A stretch of 64,000 bases of DNA from NCBI GenBank assembly GCA_964649545.1, contig CAZYPY010000002.1, positions 7,050-71,049 of the forward strand, in the 5' to 3' direction. The notes beneath the pieces were generated by a model, which was not told the origin of the DNA, did not search any database, and was given only the letters and a program-made list of their open reading frames with translations. Positions 61,181-64,000 of this stretch are shown here, piece by piece. The number at the start of each line of letters is the position of its first letter. The stretch's first letter is position 1. Position numbers and translations under genes: made by a program. This stretch comes from an uncultured Microthrixaceae bacterium (GTDB lineage Bacteria > Actinomycetota > Acidimicrobiia > Acidimicrobiales > DATDAH01).

Positions 61181-61222
61181 CGCCCGCCCTCCCCTCGGGG
61201 AGGGCGGGCGTTCTGCTTTGTG
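61181..61222 (+). terminator. Rho-independent terminator of ahcY
   Basis: CGCCCGCCCTCCCC (61181-61194) pairs with GGGGAGGGCGGGCG (61197-61210), followed by ttctgctttgtg. Confidence 0.75.
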
Positions 61223-61319
61223 CCTCCAACGCCTGCACCCCTTCGGGGTCCGGCTCCGGCGGGATCGCGCCGATGGCCGGCCCCGGTTCCTGTCGGAGGG
61301 GGTCCGTAGGGTCGGCGGC

Positions 61320-61988
61320 GTGTTGCTGCCGACCACCTGCCCGTGCTGCGGTACCCGCGGCGAGGCGCCCTGCGCGGGCTGTCGGGCCCGTCTGCGGCCG
61401 CCGCCCGCCGCTCCACCGCCCGCGGGGGTCGACGAGTGGGTCGCCCTGCTCTCCTACGAGGGCGTGGGGCGTGAGCTCGTCGCCCGGCTCAAGTACCGCA
61501 ACGCGCGGAGTGCGCTGGCGTGGCTGGCCGACGGGCTCGCGGGCCTCGTCGACCCCGCCGGTGTCGACGTCGTCACCTGGGCCCCCACCACGGAGGCCCG
61601 CCGCCGTGCACGCGGCTTCGACCAGGCCGAGCTGCTGGCCCTGGCGGTGGCCCGTCGTCTCCGACGACCCTGCCGGCGCCTCGTGCACCGCGGCCCTGGC
61701 CCGCCGCAGACGGGACGGGCCGGCGCGGAGCGCCGTCGGGGGTTGGGCATGCGCTCCGTGGCGCGAACACCACGCAGCGTGCTCGTAGTCGATGACGTGG
61801 CCACCACCGGCGCGACCGTCGCCTCGGTGGCGGCGGCGCTGCGCGGGTCCGGTACGGTCGAGGTCCGGGTCGCCACCGCGGCCCGTACACCCGCTCACCC
61901 CGGTCGCCTACCATCGGCCGGGCACGCCGTCGATCCGGGAGGTTCGCGTGGACATCAAGGTCAGTGGCCGTCACATGGAGGTCTCTGA
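61320..61988 (+). CDS. comF: ComF-family phosphoribosyltransferase-fold protein
   Basis: N-terminal zinc-finger-like CPCCG...CAGC and PRTase motif VLVVDDVATTGAT. The GTG start at 61320 is inferred. The 3' end overlaps hpf. Confidence 0.7.
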   Translation: MLLPTTCPCCGTRGEAPCAGCRARLRPPPAAPPPAGVDEWVALLSYEGVGRELVARLKYRNARSALAWLADGLAGLVDPAGVDVVTWAPTTEARRRARGFDQAELLALAVARRLRRPCRRLVHRGPGPPQTGRAGAERRRGLGMRSVARTPRSVLVVDDVATTGATVASVAAALRGSGTVEVRVATAARTPAHPGRLPSAGHAVDPGGSRGHQGQWPSHGGL

Positions 61989-62490
61989 TGCGCTCCGGGA
62001 CACCGCCGTCGACAAGATCGGTCGCCTCGACCGGTACGTCGACGGCATGGACCGGGCCGAGGTCCACTTCGCCGAGCAGCACAACCCGCGGATCCAGGAC
62101 AAGGTCGTCTGCGAGGTGACCCTCGAGGGCCACGGCCACCACGTGCGCTGCAAGGTGGTGGCCCCCGACGGCTTCACCGCGGTCGACCGGGCGGTGGGCA
62201 AGCTCGAGCACCAACTGCACAAGCTCAAGACCAAGCTCGGGCGTCGGGTGGGCGCCCCCGCCCCCGACGAGGTCGTGGCGAGCCTCCCCGAGGACGCCGC
62301 CGCCTCGGCACCTCGCATCGTCAAGACCAAGCAGTTCGCCATGGCCACGATGGACGCGGACGAGGCGTCGCTGCAGATGGACCTCCTCGGCCACGACTTC
62401 TACGTGTTCACCAACGACCGCACCGGGCGCACCGCGGTCGTCTACCGCCGCGAGGACGGCGACGTCGGCCTGATCGACCAGGTCGACTGA
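61948..62490 (+). CDS. hpf: Ribosome hibernation-promoting factor (long HPF)
   Basis: IKVSGRHMEVSDALRDTAVDKIGRLDRY plus a C-terminal dimerisation domain (IVKTKQFAMATMDADEASLQMDLLGHDFYVFTN). GGGAGG lies 7 nt upstream of the GTG. Confidence 0.88.
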   Translation: MDIKVSGRHMEVSDALRDTAVDKIGRLDRYVDGMDRAEVHFAEQHNPRIQDKVVCEVTLEGHGHHVRCKVVAPDGFTAVDRAVGKLEHQLHKLKTKLGRRVGAPAPDEVVASLPEDAAASAPRIVKTKQFAMATMDADEASLQMDLLGHDFYVFTNDRTGRTAVVYRREDGDVGLIDQVD

Positions 62491-62506
62491 GCGGACCCGA
62501 CACGCC

Positions 62507-63208
62507 ATGACGAGCGAGCGCGCGCCGGTGTCGGGGGTCGCCGCCGCCGAGCCCGTGCGGGTGCTGCTGTGCGACGACCACGCGCTCTACCGCCGCGGCC
62601 TCATGATGGCTCTCGAGGAACAGGCCGGCATCGAGGTGGTGGCGGAGGCCGAGAACGGGGCCGAGGCGGTGGCCATGGCCGAGGACTTCGCGCCGGACGT
62701 CGTGTTGATGGACGTGGCCATGCCGGGCCTCGACGGGGTCGAGGCCACCCGGCGCATCTCGCTGTTCCACCCGTCGGCCCGCATCATCATGTTGACGGTC
62801 GGCGGCGACACCGACGAGCTCTTCGCCGCGATCCGGGTCGGCGCCACCACCTACCTCCACAAGGAGGACTCGATCCAGGTGGTCGGCGACGCGGTGCGGG
62901 CCGTCGTGGCCGGCCAGACGCTGCTCACTCCCGAGCTGGCGGGCCGCTTGATCGGCGAGTTCGACCGGCTGGCCGAGACGGGTGACGGCGAGACGACCAC
63001 CGTGACCCCGCCACCGAGCCTGGCGCCGCGTGAGCGGGCCGCGCTCGACCTGGTGGCTGAGGGCCTCGACTCGGCGGAGGTCGCGGCGCGGCTCGACGTG
63101 TCGGAGAACACGGTGAAGAACCACCTGCGCAACGTCATCGGCAAGCTCCACGTCAACGCCCGTCTGGGCGCGGCAGGTGGTGCCGCCGACACCTCCGCCC
63201 GGCCCTGA
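62507..63208 (+). CDS. Two-component response regulator, NarL/LuxR family
   Basis: Receiver domain VLLCDDHALYRRGL...VVLMDVAMPGLDG. C-terminal LuxR HTH: LAPRERAALDLVAEGLDSAEVAARLDVSENTVKNHLRNV. Confidence 0.88.
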   Translation: MTSERAPVSGVAAAEPVRVLLCDDHALYRRGLMMALEEQAGIEVVAEAENGAEAVAMAEDFAPDVVLMDVAMPGLDGVEATRRISLFHPSARIIMLTVGGDTDELFAAIRVGATTYLHKEDSIQVVGDAVRAVVAGQTLLTPELAGRLIGEFDRLAETGDGETTTVTPPPSLAPRERAALDLVAEGLDSAEVAARLDVSENTVKNHLRNVIGKLHVNARLGAAGGAADTSARP

Positions 63209-63253
63209 CCGCAGAATCCGGGAGGGCGGCAGGGCGCCGGTAGGCTCTGCGCC

Positions 63254-64000
63254 ATGGCAGTCCTCGACCGCATCCTGCGCGCCGGTGAAGGCAAGAAGCT
63301 GCGCGCGCTCGCCGGCCTCGTGCCCGAGATCAACAAGCTCGAGACCGAGTTCGAGGCGTTGTCCGACGCGGACCTGGCGGCGAAGACCCCCGAGTTCCAG
63401 CAGCGTTACGCCAACGGTGAGACCCTCGACGACCTGCTGATCGAGGCGTTCGCCGTCGTGCGCGAGGCCGGACGCCGCACCATCGGTCAGCGCCACTACG
63501 ACGTGCAGCTCATGGGTGGCGCCGCCCTGCACTTCGGGTGGGTCGCCGAGATGAAGACCGGCGAGGGCAAGACCCTGGTCTCGACCCTGCCCGTGTACCT
63601 CAACGCGCTCGCGGGTGACGGCGTCCACGTCATCACGGTCAACGACTACCTGGCCCGTCGGGACGCCGAGTGGATGGGTCAGCTCCACGGCTGGCTCGGT
63701 CTCACCGTCGGCCAGATCCTGCCCGGCAACCACGACAGCGAGTTCAAGCGCTCGCAGTACGCCTGCGACATCACCTACGGCACCAACAACGAATTCGGGT
63801 TCGACTACCTGCGCGACAACATGGCCATGTCGCGGGCCGCCCAGGTGCAGCGGGGCCACAACTACGCCATCGTCGACGAGGTGGACTCGATCCTCATCGA
63901 CGAGGCCCGGACCCCGCTGATCATCAGCGGTCGGGTCGCCGACGCGGCCCAGCTCTACTACCGCTTCGCCAGCGTCGTGCGCGGCCTCGAACGCGACGTC
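63254..64000 (+). CDS. secA: Preprotein translocase ATPase SecA, N-terminal 249 codons; continues past the window end
   Basis: Absent from the supplied ORF track because there is no stop codon inside the window. My own translation from ATG 63254 reads [19 protein letters not shown]...[20 protein letters not shown]...[16 protein letters not shown]...[14 protein letters not shown]...[19 protein letters not shown]. Confidence 0.93.
   Translation, partial: MAVLDRILRAGEGKKLRALAGLVPEINKLETEFEALSDADLAAKTPEFQQRYANGETLDDLLIEAFAVVREAGRRTIGQRHYDVQLMGGAALHFGWVAEMKTGEGKTLVSTLPVYLNALAGDGVHVITVNDYLARRDAEWMGQLHGWLGLTVGQILPGNHDSEFKRSQYACDITYGTNNEFGFDYLRDNMAMSRAAQVQRGHNYAIVDEVDSILIDEARTPLIISGRVADAAQLYYRFASVVRGLERDV

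Overview
By eye this is a very GC-rich, densely coding chromosomal segment from an actinobacterium. I call about 59 CDS. I saw no rRNA, tRNA, CRISPR array, transposase or integrase. All product calls come from motifs read in the translated ORFs, not from a database search. The backbone follows the conserved Actinomycetota gene order known from the Mycobacterium Rv3303c-Rv3240c region: lpdA, accA3/birA, manC, fbiB/fbiA, a large GT2 with DUF5719, DUF3499, pmmA, Trm112, SIS isomerase, sahH, comF, hpf, a response regulator, secA. Interleaved with this backbone is a large cell-envelope glycan system. It comprises a Wzm/Wzt ABC exporter whose Wzt carries a C-terminal carbohydrate-binding domain, five sulfotransferase-like paralogs (one with a coiled-coil tail directly downstream of wzt), at least eight glycosyltransferases and an LCP ligase. 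It also encodes routes to UDP-GlcA, UDP-Xyl, GDP-Man, GDP-Fuc and a GDP-6-deoxyhexose. My best candidate for an undescribed system is an ABC-transporter-dependent, sulfated, fucose/xylose/uronate-type wall glycopolymer whose chain end may be capped by sulfation. Other notable items: (1) gmd is split by a full-length LAGLIDADG intein, with an A/T-rich codon patch at the N-terminal splice junction. (2) A DUF4143 AAA+ ATPase gene is bracketed by a 36-bp direct repeat that duplicates the start of the neighbouring fetA-like gene. (3) A roughly 70-85 bp intergenic repeat family has at least six copies at three loci. (4) A GtrA-fused polyprenol-phosphate glycosyltransferase is translationally coupled to an 884-aa GT-C-like membrane protein. 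(5) There is a GNAT/DUF1778 toxin-antitoxin pair. Many long Arg/Pro/Gly-rich ORFs in the supplied track are GC-driven shadow frames, and I rejected them.
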